Positions 1 to 13,507 are shown, counted from the first letter of the stretch. The stretch is 64,000 nt of DNA from Adineta vaga (GCA_021613535.1 CP075493.1:5952001-6016000); one strand, 5' to 3'. Program-made: numbers and translations. The notes: a model not told the origin generated them from the sequence alone.

Positions 1-12
1 GCTATTATTTTA

Positions 13-1191
13 GGTGTTTATTTTGTTTATTTTTTCGGTCCTGATTTTGAATATACGTGGACACATGCTAATTTTCTCATACCATATGCTGGTCTTGATG
101 ATTTCATTCGACAAGCAGAAACATCTGTACAAAATGTTCGTTGTGTTTTGTTTTTTTCTTCGAAATTAGAATATTGATTTTTCTTTTTCTTAAGGCAACA
201 AGCAAAATTGAACAAGAAACGTTAGCAAATCGTTTTGAATTAAAAGTTTCAGGAAACAAACGCATAGATTGGTAAAATTATCCAATAAATTACGATTGAT
301 ATATCTTGATTTATTTAACTATTGATTAGGGATAAAGCAATTCAAGAAGCAAATGAAGCATTGAAATTATCTCGAGAAGAACGTGTACAAAATTTCGAAG
401 AAATATTAAAGAAGATTTTAAAGAACTCAAAAGGTAAAAATAATTGAATTATGATCAAATTAAACATTGATCTATTTAGAAAATAAATCAATTAAACGAA
501 GACATACTACTGTAACAACACGGCAACCAGTAAATTTATAAAAATTTCATTAGATTAAAAACAAATCTTTGTTGTTCTTATGTTTAGAGAAGAACATTAT
601 CACCATCTGGAAATAAAACAACAAATCGTTCATCAGTAAAACGACAAAAAACAAGCATGACGGTAATTCATCGTTCTTGATAATAGAAGCTATCCTACCA
701 TTGTCAAATACCTGAGATATATCGAAGAATAAGAAAGTCTCACATGAGAAATTTTAGCAATTGATTTCTTTCTTTTTCAGTCATTATCATCATCAACAAC
801 TTTATTACATATTGGTTTACCCACATTAACAAAACGTGAAGAAAAACGTCTTATTAATGATCTTCTTACTCATACCAAAGCTGAAAATCTAACATTAAAT
901 GAAGCTCAATCATTTGCTTGTCAATTAGCTCGAGATATTATTAAAGAAAATTCACATTATGATATGTCCTGTGTACAAATTGAATGGTTCTATGGTAAAT
1001 TTCTTTTCCTAAACAATCTATTCTTTCATCTATGTCATCTTCTAAATCGTCTAGATTTTCTTCTCAATCATCCGGAAATTGTTTCAAAATATTCTCATTG
1101 GTTTAATGAAGATATTCAACCAATTATGGATGATTCAATTTATTTCAAACAATGTCAAATACGAGATATGATTATGAATTCAAAAGATTAG
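13..1191 (+). CDS. PWWP-domain protein paralog 1 (5'-truncated by window edge), with C-terminal putative CENP-B/pogo-type HTH
   Basis: Spliced exons give VYFVYFFGPDFEYTWTH..YAGLDDFIRQAE..W|DKAIQEANEAL (second half of an NSD-like PWWP), then LPTLTKREEKRLINDLL..LTLNEAQ..EWFY|DFLLNHPEI..KQCQI; GT-AG introns. Confidence 0.75.
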
Positions 1192-1302
1192 TTTCTCATT
1201 TTTCTTATTTTGTGTGTAAATTGTATAACAATAAAATTTCTATTTTCTTTTTCTTATGGCTAATGTTATACGGAAATAAACAATCAATCTATATTCTTGT
1301 AG

Positions 1303-3089
1303 ATGACAAATTCAATAGATAAATGTACAATAAAAAAGAACTATTATGAAGAATCAATGAATGTACCATCATGTTTAGATAGAAATCAATTGAAACGAAA
1401 ACAATTTGTTGATAATGATATATCACAATCATCAATTTTTGATATTTTGGGAAATGAATTTCAAATTGGAGATATTCTTTGGGCAAAATTACCTGGATTT
1501 TCATGGTAAATAATTGGTTGATTTTCAATAAAGAATGAATTTACTTGTATCTTTAGGTGGCCAACATTTGTTTATGGTAAAAATCTATTGGAATAGATGA
1601 TGTCGAAGATTTCTATTTTAATCTAGGTTGTTTTTATGATGATGGAAATTATGTTAAAGTCATATGTAAGTGATTTCCTGAATGAAATTATATTCAATTG
1701 TTTGAATACTTTATAGCAAAACCTGGATTACCGATTAAAAAGCAATATTTCGTCTATTGTTTTGGTTCTCATTTCAAAGTATGAGAATAAATCTGATTGA
1801 TGGATTGAATGTATGTATGTTGATCAATTTTTTAGCATGCATGGGTTCACGAAACATATCTTCATCGATATGAAGGTTTAGAAGAATTTGTTAGATATTC
1901 CGAACATCAAGTTGAACAGGTAAGGATGTTTGCTTAGTGATGTATTGTCTCTAGGATGAACTTTTTCAGGCATCATCAAAACGAACTGAAGAAAAACTAC
2001 GTAAAAAATTTAAAGTACAAATATCAGAAGAGTTACATCCATTATGGTATGTTTTAATATGTTTTAATTAAATTCTACAATTTAAATCGATATAGGAAAG
2101 AAGCAGTTGATAAAGCGAATGAATTGTTAACTGCACCAATGAATTTACGAATAAATGTATTTCAAAAACTCGCTCATCGTTTAATAAATGGAACAAAATT
2201 TTCATTAACATATCAAAGTAAGAATAAAATATATTGTCGAAAGAGGAATTAAGTTCAATTTTAGACAAAGAACAAGTAGCATTAAGTGATAATTCTAACA
2301 ATGAAGAACAACAATTACAAGTAATTATTTTAGTGTGATAATGATCGTAAGCAATCGAATCCAATGTTATCTTCTTTATGTAATTTACCTAAACGAACAG
2401 TAGCTAATAAACAAACAGTCGTTACATCGGAAGTAGTTGAAAAAAATCAAAATACAATGACATTAAATTCAATTCAAAATCATACAACTAGTAGTGAACA
2501 ATCAACAAAAGTTCAAGTAAAATCTTTAATTTCTATCTTCTTTCTATAATTTTCATCTCTTACTTTATTTAGTCCAAATCATTTCAGATTTCAACAACAA
2601 ATGAATTAGATAATGATATCGTCGTAGTTCGATTACATAGATCAATTTCATCATCTTCTGTTTCGCTAACAACAGCTATTTGTCATTATCTTGATAAAGG
2701 TTTACAGTTCTCTTTTGATAAAATTCATATTAAATTCATTTCTATTTTCAGGTATTCCATCGTTAACTCTCTATGAAGAAATCTGTCTTGTTGATCAATT
2801 AGTCAATCATCGATTAGGTGCGTCATTAACTTTAACTGATGCACAACTGTATGTTGAACAATATGTTATTCATACTGCCTTACGAAATTTTCATCATAAA
2901 ATGTTGTATGTTCAAAATGAATATTTCTATGAATTTTTATTGAAATATCCCCAAATTATTCTTAAACATCGACAATGGTTTCAAGATTTTCAACAAACTT
3001 TAATGCCAATAGATGCAGATAAGATTCAATTAAAAAAATGGCAATTAGCAACATTATTACATGCACATTGCAATTTAGAACAATGTTAA
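1303..3089 (+). CDS. PWWP-domain protein paralog 2 (SWWP motif) with the same C-terminal domain
   Basis: IGDILWAKLPGFSW|WP..QYFVYCFG..HAWV..YEGLEEF; last exon IPSLTLYEEICLVDQL..LTLTDAQ..EYFYEFLLKYPQI..KKWQL. Confidence 0.8.
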
Positions 3090-3392
3090 CATGAAGTTTT
3101 CTCCTTTTTTGAAATCAATAGGTTCAGATTTTGTGAAATGTTCTAGGAAGTTTTCTAAGAAATTTAGTGTTTCTTTTTTTTGAATTAGTTTTCTATTGAT
3201 AAATTTGAATATATGTTGAAAAGATTATCTCAATAGTTGCTACAGATGAATTAATACCTATTTTTATTGGAAATTTAAAGAAATAGGCATCATTTTGAAA
3301 TAGAAACTAGTGCAATCGTTTTCTTGTTTTCTAGATTGTATATTTATGGCAACTGATCAGTCATCTCCAGGTACTTTCTTATCAGATTCTCG

Positions 3393-5028
3393 ATGAATTG
3401 TTCACATCGGTCTTTTTCAGAATCAACATCACAAAAACGTCAACGACGTTTAAAACAGGATCCACAATTCGTTTTTGAACATACTACTACCACTCCAACG
3501 ACAGATCCTATACCTATTGTAAAAAAACAAAAAACGAAATCTGTTTCAATCACAAATGAAGATACATCCGATGCTAATCTCTATCAACCCGGTGATGTTG
3601 TTTGGTCAAAACTTGGTAGTTTTCCTTGGTGGCCAGCTCTTATCGTATGTAACAGACTTTTTCTCGGCATTAAAAAAAATCAAAAATCATTGAATTTATG
3701 TACATTTCTTAGTATCGATCTGATGCTGACGGCGGCACACATACAAGAACATTGAGTATGTCTAAACAAATATGAAAACATCTAATTTAAGTGCTATTTC
3801 TACTTTAGATTCAAATAATAAATCAAAGCGACAATTTTTCGTTTATTTCTACGGCAAATATCTTGAATATGCCTGGTTATCTACGCGTTCGTTACTAAAA
3901 TATGCTGGATTAAATGATTTTATTCAACATGCAGAAGCTGCTGTTCAACAAGTAATAATCTTCTTTTGACAATTTTCTTTTTAATCATTTTTCATCATTA
4001 GGTTGCAACAAAATCTGAACAAGTAGAATTAGCAAATCGATATCAATTGAAAGTTTCTGTAAAAAAACGTGTACAATGGTAGAATAATTTCAATTGATAT
4101 TTAACATTAGATGTATACCGTTGATTGTAGGGATGAAGCAATTGAATTAGCTGATCATGCATTAACTATGACAAAAGATGAACGTATTCAAGAATTCAAA
4201 GATCTATTAAATGATGTACAAACAAAAAATAGTATGATTTATTTTCTTGATGAATCCATACGAGATTGATATATTTTAGATAATCGTCGTCGAAAGATTG
4301 TTATAAATAAGATAGGACAAGCTCGACAATATGAAAAGGACACAATGGAAACCGATACGGAGAGGCAAGAAGACGAAGAACAAGTGACGAAGAATAAATC
4401 TGATCGAAAATCTGACATAAAGAACAATGATAAGCATTCACCAGTAAGAATTTCATTTAGAATTTCAGAGAGATCGCTTATATGTATATATATTTAGTCA
4501 GTGAATTCCAATACAAACCAGCATACAAATAACAATGAAGTAGAATATGAATATCCAATATCATCAAATAATCAATCATTTTCATATCCACTTAATCATT
4601 TTATTCAAGCAAACATTCCTCCATTATCAAATTATGAACAGAAACAAATTGTTGAAGGACTTCTTCATCATCCGAATGAACAAAATATAACACTTGATGA
4701 AGCACAAAAATTTGCTAATGAAAAAGCAATGGAAATTGGTAAAAATTCATGTGAAAAACGATTTCAAATTCTTTGTATTCATCTTATAGTTTATGAAAAT
4801 TATTATCGTCGAATGGATTCAATATCATCCGAATGGTTCTATGATTCAATTCTATTAAAATATCCTTCCATTGTGTTTAAATATCGTTCATGGTTCACAA
4901 ACATTGAATTAAATACTATTCCCAATGAAACTGATGCACTTCAACTAAAACAATGGCAAATAGCTCTAATGATTCAAGCACGAATCAAATCTGAACAACA
5001 TCAATCACAATCGATCAATAATACATAA
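3393..5028 (+). CDS. PWWP-domain protein paralog 3 with the same C-terminal domain
   Basis: YQPGDVVWSKLGSFPWWPAL..QFFVYFYGKYLEYAW; C-terminus IPPLSNYEQKQIVEGLL..ITLDEAQ..EWFYDSILLKYPSI..KQWQI; start codon uncertain. Confidence 0.82.
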
Positions 5029-5312
5029 TGTATTATTTCCTTCCTTTTGTATGTACAGAAAAATTTCAAGACAAAAACCAATGAACTGAATCATTCTTTT
5101 GTTTTAACAATTGATTTATTTTAAATAAGATATTTATTTTCAACATACGAAGAAAAAAATCTAACTCGGTGTAAAATTGGTTTACTTTTGCAATAAAATC
5201 AGAAAGTATTGTTTTGTTTATTTTAGATATAAAATACACAATCATTCAAATAGTTCATTGATCAATTTTATTACAGTGAAGAATTTCTTTCCTTAGCATT
5301 TTCAGATTAATC

Positions 5313-8232
5313 ATGCAAGTAACAAATGTCAATGATGTTCGTGTCTATAATCTAACATGTGCTCAAAAAGCTGTACCAGAAGTAAGTTATCGATGTTCAA
5401 TTCTATTTATTTCAAAAGTATAAATTTTTTTATTATGAATATTAGTGGATAAATGATGATAAACGAAAAAAATTGAAAAAAGAAGCAGGTAGATCAATTT
5501 TTCTTATAACTTTTTCTTCATATATATACATATAAGAGTTCTTTAGATGTTAAACAACGTATTGAACTTATTCAGGGATTTGAAATGCCCATGTTAAGCA
5601 GTTCCATAGCCATGACACGGGATGGACAATACATTTTTGTTACTGGTAATTGTATATGAACAAAAATTTAGTAATAATAAATTGAATATATTTAGGTTCT
5701 TATAAACCACGTGTTCGTTGTTATGATTTGAATGAATTATCATTAAAATTCGAACGTTGTTTTGATCATGAATGTATACAAATGAAAATTCTATCAGAAG
5801 ATTATTCTAAAGTAAGACGAAGAGATTTTTGTTGCCTAAAATATTAATGATTGTCTATATGTTTAGATTGTTTTTATGCATGCAAATCGTTATATTGAAT
5901 TTCATTCACAAGTAGGAAATTATCATACGATTCGAACACCAAAACAAGGACGACAATTTGATTATCGATATTCATCATGTGATTTGTATTGTGTTGGAGC
6001 AACGTAAGAAAAATTTTTAGTAACGATGAAAACTTTCATTTCATTTTTCATTGTAGAAATGAAATCTATCGATTTAATCTTGAACAAGGACAATTTCTTG
6101 AACCAATATCAAGCAAATCACCGTAAGATCATAATATCTTTCGATTTCATTTATCTGATATTTTCAGTGGTTTCAATACATGTCAATTCAATCCTGAACA
6201 TGAATTATTTGCTTGTGGTTCTGTCGAAGTAAATAAATGATATATTTCTCTATCGAAAATAAGAATTTCGTTTGTTTCAATAGGGTCATTTAGAATGTTA
6301 TGATCCTCGTGCACGATCGATTGCTGGACAAATCGATTGTGCTGTTTATGCAAATAGTAATAGTGGTAACAGGTATCTAATCTTGTTTTTGAAAACAAAA
6401 ACGTCGATCATAAAAAGAAATCTTTTAGTTTACCAGCTGTATCTTGTCTTAAATTTAAAGATGCACTTAATCTATCTGTTGGTATGACTACTGGTCAAGT
6501 GAGTAGAATCTCTTTTTCGTTCAAAGAATCTGTTCATGTTTCCTTTTTCTCACCAAAGATATTATTATTTGATATTCGATCAAATAAACCATATTTTATC
6601 AAAGATCATAATTATAATCTACCAATCAAACGTATTGATTTTCATACACAAAATGATGATTATATTCTATCGATTGACAAAAAAATATGCAAAATATGGA
6701 ATCGACATACGGTATGTATTTTCTATCGTTATACATTTATTTATACTAACAAAAAAACCTCTTCTTCTTTATTGCTCTCATTTCTTTTTGTATCATATAG
6801 GGTAAAAATTTAACATCAATCGAACCTGGTACGCCTGTGAATGATATGCTCAATGTACCTGGTAGTGGTCTTATATGTTTAACGAATGATGCTCCCAAAA
6901 TCTTTGTTTATTACATTCCGGTATGTTTGAATTGATAAACCATATCATTTCGTTTTATATACATATGTATCGTCGATAGACCTTAGGTAATGCACCAAAA
7001 TGGTGTACATTCTTGGATAATATTACTGAAGAACTGGAAGAAAAACCAGCAGATACAGGTTTGATCATTTCTTGTATTAGTTAACGTGCATTTGTTTTTG
7101 TTTTGTTTTAGTTTATGATGATTACAAATTCTTAACATTGAAAGAATTAGATACACTTGGTTTATCTCATTTGATTGGTTCCGATCTATTACGAGCTTAT
7201 ATGCATGGTTATTTTATGGATATTCGACTTTATAATCAAGTAAATTAATTCTAAAAATTTCTGTCTTTCGTTAATGAAAATTTCGGGTGTTTTGTTCTCT
7301 TCTCTTTCTAGGCTAAAACAGTAGCAGAACCATTTGCATTTGCTGAATATCGTAAGAAGAAATTACGTGAAAAGATTGATGAAAAACGAGAAAAAAGTCG
7401 TGTACCTTTACCGGTAAGCTATTCTTTCATTGTAGATTCTACTTTAACTTCATTTTTCTACTTCAACAGATCGTACCAACAGTTAATAAAGATCTTGCTG
7501 AAAAACTCTTACTTGATGAAGGTGAATCAACTACGAAGAACAAGAAGAAGAAGAAGAATCAAAAAGATGCGGAAGATAAAGTAAATCTCAATTATTTTCG
7601 AAATGATGATGATGATGAATTTTCGTTTTACATCTAGGCACCACAATCATCTGTACTTAAAGATTCTCGATTTCAATCGTTATTTACTAATCCTGATATG
7701 CAAATTGATGTCAATAATGAAGCATTCAAGAATATTGCACCATTAGTTTCTCGATTGAATAAACAAAGTGTTGTAGAAGATGATTCGATATCAGTAAGAG
7801 ACATAACAATAAGTTTTCCTTTCGTATTTACATTTTGATTGATTGAAGGTGGAAAATGGTGACGAAGAAGAAGATAATGAAGATGGTAAAGAAGAATATG
7901 ATGATATGATGGATGATATTCTTACATCTGATGAAGAAGAGCAAGAAAAGAGAGAAAAAACACAATCTCGTAGAACAAAACTAGTTCCAGTTGGTGCTGA
8001 AGATGAAAGTGATGAAGAAACTCTTCGTTCATTATCATTTTCTGAACGAGCAAGAAAAACAATTGAATCAAAGAATTCTACATCATCTACTCGTTTACAT
8101 AATATCAATCCCGTCTCGACGAGTAGTAATGAAAAACAAAAGAAGAGAAATTTCGATGATACTGAGGATCATCGAAAAAATGTTCGACGAGCTCCACGCG
8201 GTCGAATGAATAGTAGACGTGGTGAACGGTAG
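5313..8232 (+). CDS. NOL10: Nucleolar protein 10 (WD40, NUC153)
   Basis: MQVTNVNDVRVYNL, RIELIQGFEMP, YKPRVRCYD, LGNAPKWCTFLDNITEELEE, VYDDYKFLT, LLRAYMHGYFMD, DSRFQSLFTNPD; multi-exon. Confidence 0.93.
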
Positions 8233-8675
8233 AAATAACCACTTGCTGTTAAAATTTCATTGTTTTTTTTAAATAAATTGTTTTGTTTTTGATTCAATGC
8301 GACGTTGTATAGGTTAACATTTACTCATTTCGAGAGAGGGGTATCTTGAAACATAGCGACATCTATCTGATATTATTAAATTGATTATTTGAAGTAAAAA
8401 ATATTAGAAGTATCTATTTATTTCAATAAGACAATAATTAAACTGATTTTAACAAACACTTTTTGATGAGTTTCAAAAAATATTGAGAGGTCATTTTTAT
8501 TCTTAAATGGCAATTTAGAAAGAAAGAAAGGAAGAAAAAGAAAAACACAACAAACAAACGACTGTTACATTCGATTCGATTGATTTATATATAATATAAG
8601 AATTTTCCCATCTTTTCTTCAATTTATCTGTTTATTATAGATAATTACTTCTTTCATTTATAAAAAAAAAGATCG

Positions 8676-10714
8676 ATGACTGATACAGAAGTAGCTATTT
8701 CTGGGAATAGTGGTGGAACTAGTGGTGATACAGAAATTGATTTATATGCTGATGTTGTTGAAAATGAACTTGACACGGTAAGAAAATTTCCTTTCTTTGA
8801 CAATTCAAATACATAAAGATACTCTTTTGTTTTCGTTGAAATAGGGAACAGGAGATGATTATATGGCAGGTGATGATCCTTTAGCACAAGATGCAGATTT
8901 ATATGATGATGTGATTACAACACAATCGTCAACAACAGATTTTACTGATATTACAAATACAGTCAATCAAAATAATGTAAAACCTGATCATTCAAATGGT
9001 TTGATGACTGGACGAAATACACCATCCAATAGTTATAATGGAAAACGTGTATCACTCTATGTTGGTCAATTAACTTGGGTATGTGATTTAAGAATACATT
9101 ATAAGGACGATTATATATAAGTGTCTATGTTTTTTTATTTATTCTAGTGGACAACAGATGCTGATTTAGCTGATGCAATTCATGAATTAGGCATTACAGA
9201 TTTACTTGAAGTTAAATTTCATGAAAATCGTGTTAATGGACAATCGAAAGGGTAAGAATGTGTGTTTTGCTTTTACAATGAATAGCATTGAACGTTCATA
9301 TTCTTTTCTAGATTTGCTGTTGTCACTGTGGGTTCAGAAACGTCATCTCGAACGATATTAGAAAAAATACCCAAACGAGAAATTCATGGACAAAATCCAA
9401 CTGTTTTACCTTGCAATAAACAATCACTTAGTTTCTTCGAAGGTGTTACTCGTAAAGATGCACCAGTCGAACCTATGCCACCAATGAATGCTCCACCTCG
9501 TATGTTTTTATAAAAAGAAGAAAGATGTTTTCTTGCTTAATAAGATTTTTTTTCTCTCTTTAAGTACGTCCGATGATGCGTCCACCAATTGGTCTTCCGT
9601 TGCCAATGCCTCGTGGTGGTCCTATGGATGGACCATATCGTTTTCAACCACAAGGACCTGTTCTTTTGTCAGGAGGACCACCTGGCATGGGACGTCCACA
9701 GATGCAAATGACGCTTGGTCCACGTGGTCCTGTATCCGGTAATCAATTAGTTCTAGGTCGAATGCCTGGTCCACCTCCACCCGGTGTGCATCCTCAACAA
9801 TCTGTTCTTGTCATGCAACGACCAGGTGTTCCACAAGGAGTAAACGGACCACCTCTAGTTCGTCAACAAATGCAACCTGGAGCACCAGGTATATCTTGAT
9901 AACATTATAATTGTTTTTTTTTTCGAATACTTCTTTTTAATTCTAGGTGTACCCGTTTCTTCTAATTCTATGACAGTTATGCCTGGCCAACATCCACCTG
10001 GATATTATCCAGGTCAACCAGGCCAAGGCGTATGTTTCCTTTTATGATGTATTGAAATTGTTTTTTTTAATTTATTTATTCATTTTAGCCTCCTCCTCAT
10101 GGTGTTCCAATGCCCGGTCAACCACATCCTCAGGATCCTTACTATCGCGGTGTCGATGCTCGTTCTGATCAAGCAAATATGATGCCTATTAGTGAAGCAG
10201 AATTTCAAGAAATTATGGAACGAAATAAAACCGTTTCAAGTAGTGCAATTGCTCGAGCTGTTCAAGATGCATCTGCTGGTCAGTTGATATCGTCATATCT
10301 ATTTCATCCTTTCTTTTTATTCCTTTTTTTTCTTAGGTGATTTTGGTACGGCAATTGAAACATTAGTAACTGCAGTTTCATTGATAAAACAATCAAGAAT
10401 TGCTAACGATGATCGATGTAAAATTTTAATAAGTTCACTTCAAGATACACTCAAAGGTATTGAAGATAAATCTTATGGTCAACGGTAAGAAATAATAAAT
10501 GAATTATATTTGAAAACAAAATTCATCATTTTCTTCTTTCTTTTCTCTCTCTCTCTCTCTCTCTAGAACACGTCATCGAAGTCGATCAGGATCACCACGT
10601 GAATCATCACGTAAAAAGCATCGTCATCGTTCACGTAGTCCACGTGATCGAAATGAATATCGACGTAGTGAAGATTATGATGGCAAATATAGTCGTGATC
10701 ATCGACGACGTTGA
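8676..10714 (+). CDS. CPSF6: Cleavage factor Im large subunit (CPSF6/CPSF7 family)
   Basis: [25 protein letters not shown]|[17 protein letters not shown], Pro-rich middle, [46 protein letters not shown]-like tail. Confidence 0.92.
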
Positions 10715-11897
10715 AATATTGAAAATATCGCTTTTTCATATTTCTATAAGAAACAAACATGCGATCTGGTAAGCTGTTCAATTAGTCATTTCTTTTTCTT
10801 TATATGTGTTCAATTCTTTTTGAATTTGTTTATTTTTTATTCTCTTCATTATGTGTACGTGTATTTCTTTTTTTTGCAATCCCCTCATGTCAGCTATGAA
10901 ACTAGTGCAATCATTTTGATAAGAATTATTCTCTCACGTTGATACATATATATACATATCTATATATATATATATATACTAACAATCAAATATGTTTTTT
11001 TTTCTATATCTTGTTGTCTTTTGCTGACGTGATAAGTCAAATATAGTCTCTGTTCTTTTTTTTTGCCCTTTGGAATAACATCACTGTTTATACACATACA
11101 TATATATACATATGCATATATTTTTTTTATATCTACACGTGATTCTCGTCATAATTTGAGCTATGCTCATTCCGCTATGCAAGTGCATGATTTTGAACTT
11201 GTTGTTCTGTATCGTTTTTTTTTCTCTCCCGAATATTTTGAAAACAAATAGTATTTGATTCTCTTGATCAATGTATAACAGATAGTAACTTTTCTAAATA
11301 ATGAATAAATAGTATCATTTATTTCTATGATCATATGAATAACTATTATCGAAACAATGAAAAGTGGGCAAAATAGAAAATATCATCCCTTTGAGAAGCA
11401 GACGAGCGACATGCAAACGATAACTTCGCTTAACGTGTGAATACAGTAAGTGTGATATTTCGAGAAAGATTTATCTAAGACTAAAACAAAAAGCAATTTT
11501 TTCTTGTATTTATCTAGTTTTTTTGTTTATTTTTATATTTTAGGTCAACGATACCAAGTGAATTCTGACCACCCGTCTCTTTTTGCCCTTCTTCTTCCTC
11601 TGTTTTGTTTGCTGCTATTTGCTTTGTTGTACAAACTTTTCTCTCTTTTTTTTGTTTGTTTGTCTACTTCTCTTTCTCTATTGCACTACTCATTTTGTTG
11701 TTTCATGTTTTCTACGTTTGTGTTTATGTACGGATATAAAGAAAAGAAACACGAAAATGACTCACAATACTTCAAATATTAATTCATACAATGCATACAA
11801 CAATGAAACGTATTTTAATTATATACAATCTATGTACAGTGACAACATTTTACAAGATTACGGAAACAACATTAAATATTGAAATGTAATTCTTTGT

Positions 11898-12947
11898 TTA
11901 TTGAATAGGAGCAATACGTCGAGAGATTGTAAACGATCCGTATAGTCTTGAATGAGTGATTGCTTTTCTAAACCATTGACATCGAAAAATAGCTCGAAGT
12001 TCCTCACGAAAAACTCGAGCAGTCACTGCATAAACAAAACATGTCGAACCAATATTGATAAAAGTTAATATACGAAAATTAACCGATATAAGATTTTCTA
12101 AACTTCGTCTTGTAGTAGTTTTAAACTGATAATAACTAATACCACCATAAACATTCCATGCTGCTAACGGCATTGTTAATATAACAAATGAAATCACCTA
12201 AAAATAAACTTGATGTTCTTTTTTGTAATATGTTTTACAAACGAAATCTTTTACCTGAACAAGAAGCATTCGCAGCAATTGAGCATTAAGTGTTAATTGT
12301 TGTTTTTGGGAACGAATCGTAGTTCCATTTCTTTGAATAACAAGTGCAACTACTTTCTTCGTTTTTTGTACATTATAAATTGTTAAAACTGCAAAAATTA
12401 CATAGAGAATAGGTGTCATAAATGCATATACCACAACATAATAAATATAGAAAAACAGGAGAAAATTAAATGAGATAAAACTACACCGATTTACTTGTAT
12501 CCAATCCATAAAGACTAAAATATGTATATGTACAAGAAAACAAAATAAAGGCATGAGAATTAACACCCATTTCGCTATATTAATATGACTGAATCGCCGA
12601 ATTGCCGCTCGTTTATGTGTTGAACAATATCGATCAATACAAGCAAGAAGAATAAACCATGATGCTAAGAATAAAGTTGAATAATATGTAAAAGGTAAAA
12701 TTTTACAAAATATACGCGATTGTGTTGATAAAGAATAACCAAATCCAGAACTGACAACAAAATAAAAGATACCAACAAAAATACATACTGTATTACTAAC
12801 ACTTGATCCAATTAAGTAAAGTGAACAAGTATTTTTTCGTAATTTTGGTCGAGAAAGTACAAGAACAGTTAAGACATTACTAATTTGACCAAAAATTAGT
12901 ATAGTTAACATTGGCCATTGACGAAGTTGTGCGGTCCATGCATCCAT
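11898..12947 (-). CDS. Orphan rhodopsin-like (class A) GPCR, one intron (~12198-12254)
   Basis: Seven hydrophobic segments, SN in TM1, CK in ECL1, IDRY, FVY..FREEL helix 8. Confidence 0.85.
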
Positions 12948-13507
12948 TCGTTAAATTTTGAAAAGCGTAAATGAATAAAAACTATTCTAAATAATCCGAT
13001 CATTTATAATGACTCGAATTTGCATTTTAATCGTGTGAGAAAAGTTTTTGACAGTAACTGCGTATTTTAGATTATAATACATGAAGGTACGATATAAATA
13101 AGAAAAACATCATCTAGATATGGTCTAAATAACAGCAATATTCTATATTTAAATTGTGCCATTCGAACTAATTGTCATGAACTTCTGGACCGACATTGCG
13201 CTTTTCTAAAAGAAGCTTATTTTGAAAAATGATTTTAATTATTGATGATTATTCGTATGAAAAATTAATGACGACATTGATATGTCAGCAAATCTCATGA
13301 ACCAAGTTCTGCCTATCTACTAATGATTCTGAAATCGAAATGTTAACTGTATTTCTTGATAGTAATATGAACGCGCCTAGTTTTCAGAAATTCAAATATC
13401 TTGATTGTATTCTAAGTTTAATATTGACTATCAGTTATCATTATCTACATATATGTACTATATCGTTCCTCTCTTTGTTCTGATTTATCAAACAGCATTG
13501 GGTAAAG

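Noticed and set aside
3303-3317. 15-mer gaaactagtgcaatc repeated at 10898
   Set aside because: Several 15-mer matches are expected by chance in 64 kb of AT-rich DNA
11063-11882. Hydrophobic Phe/Leu-rich short ORFs
   Set aside because: Products of T-rich UTR sequence; no coherent gene model
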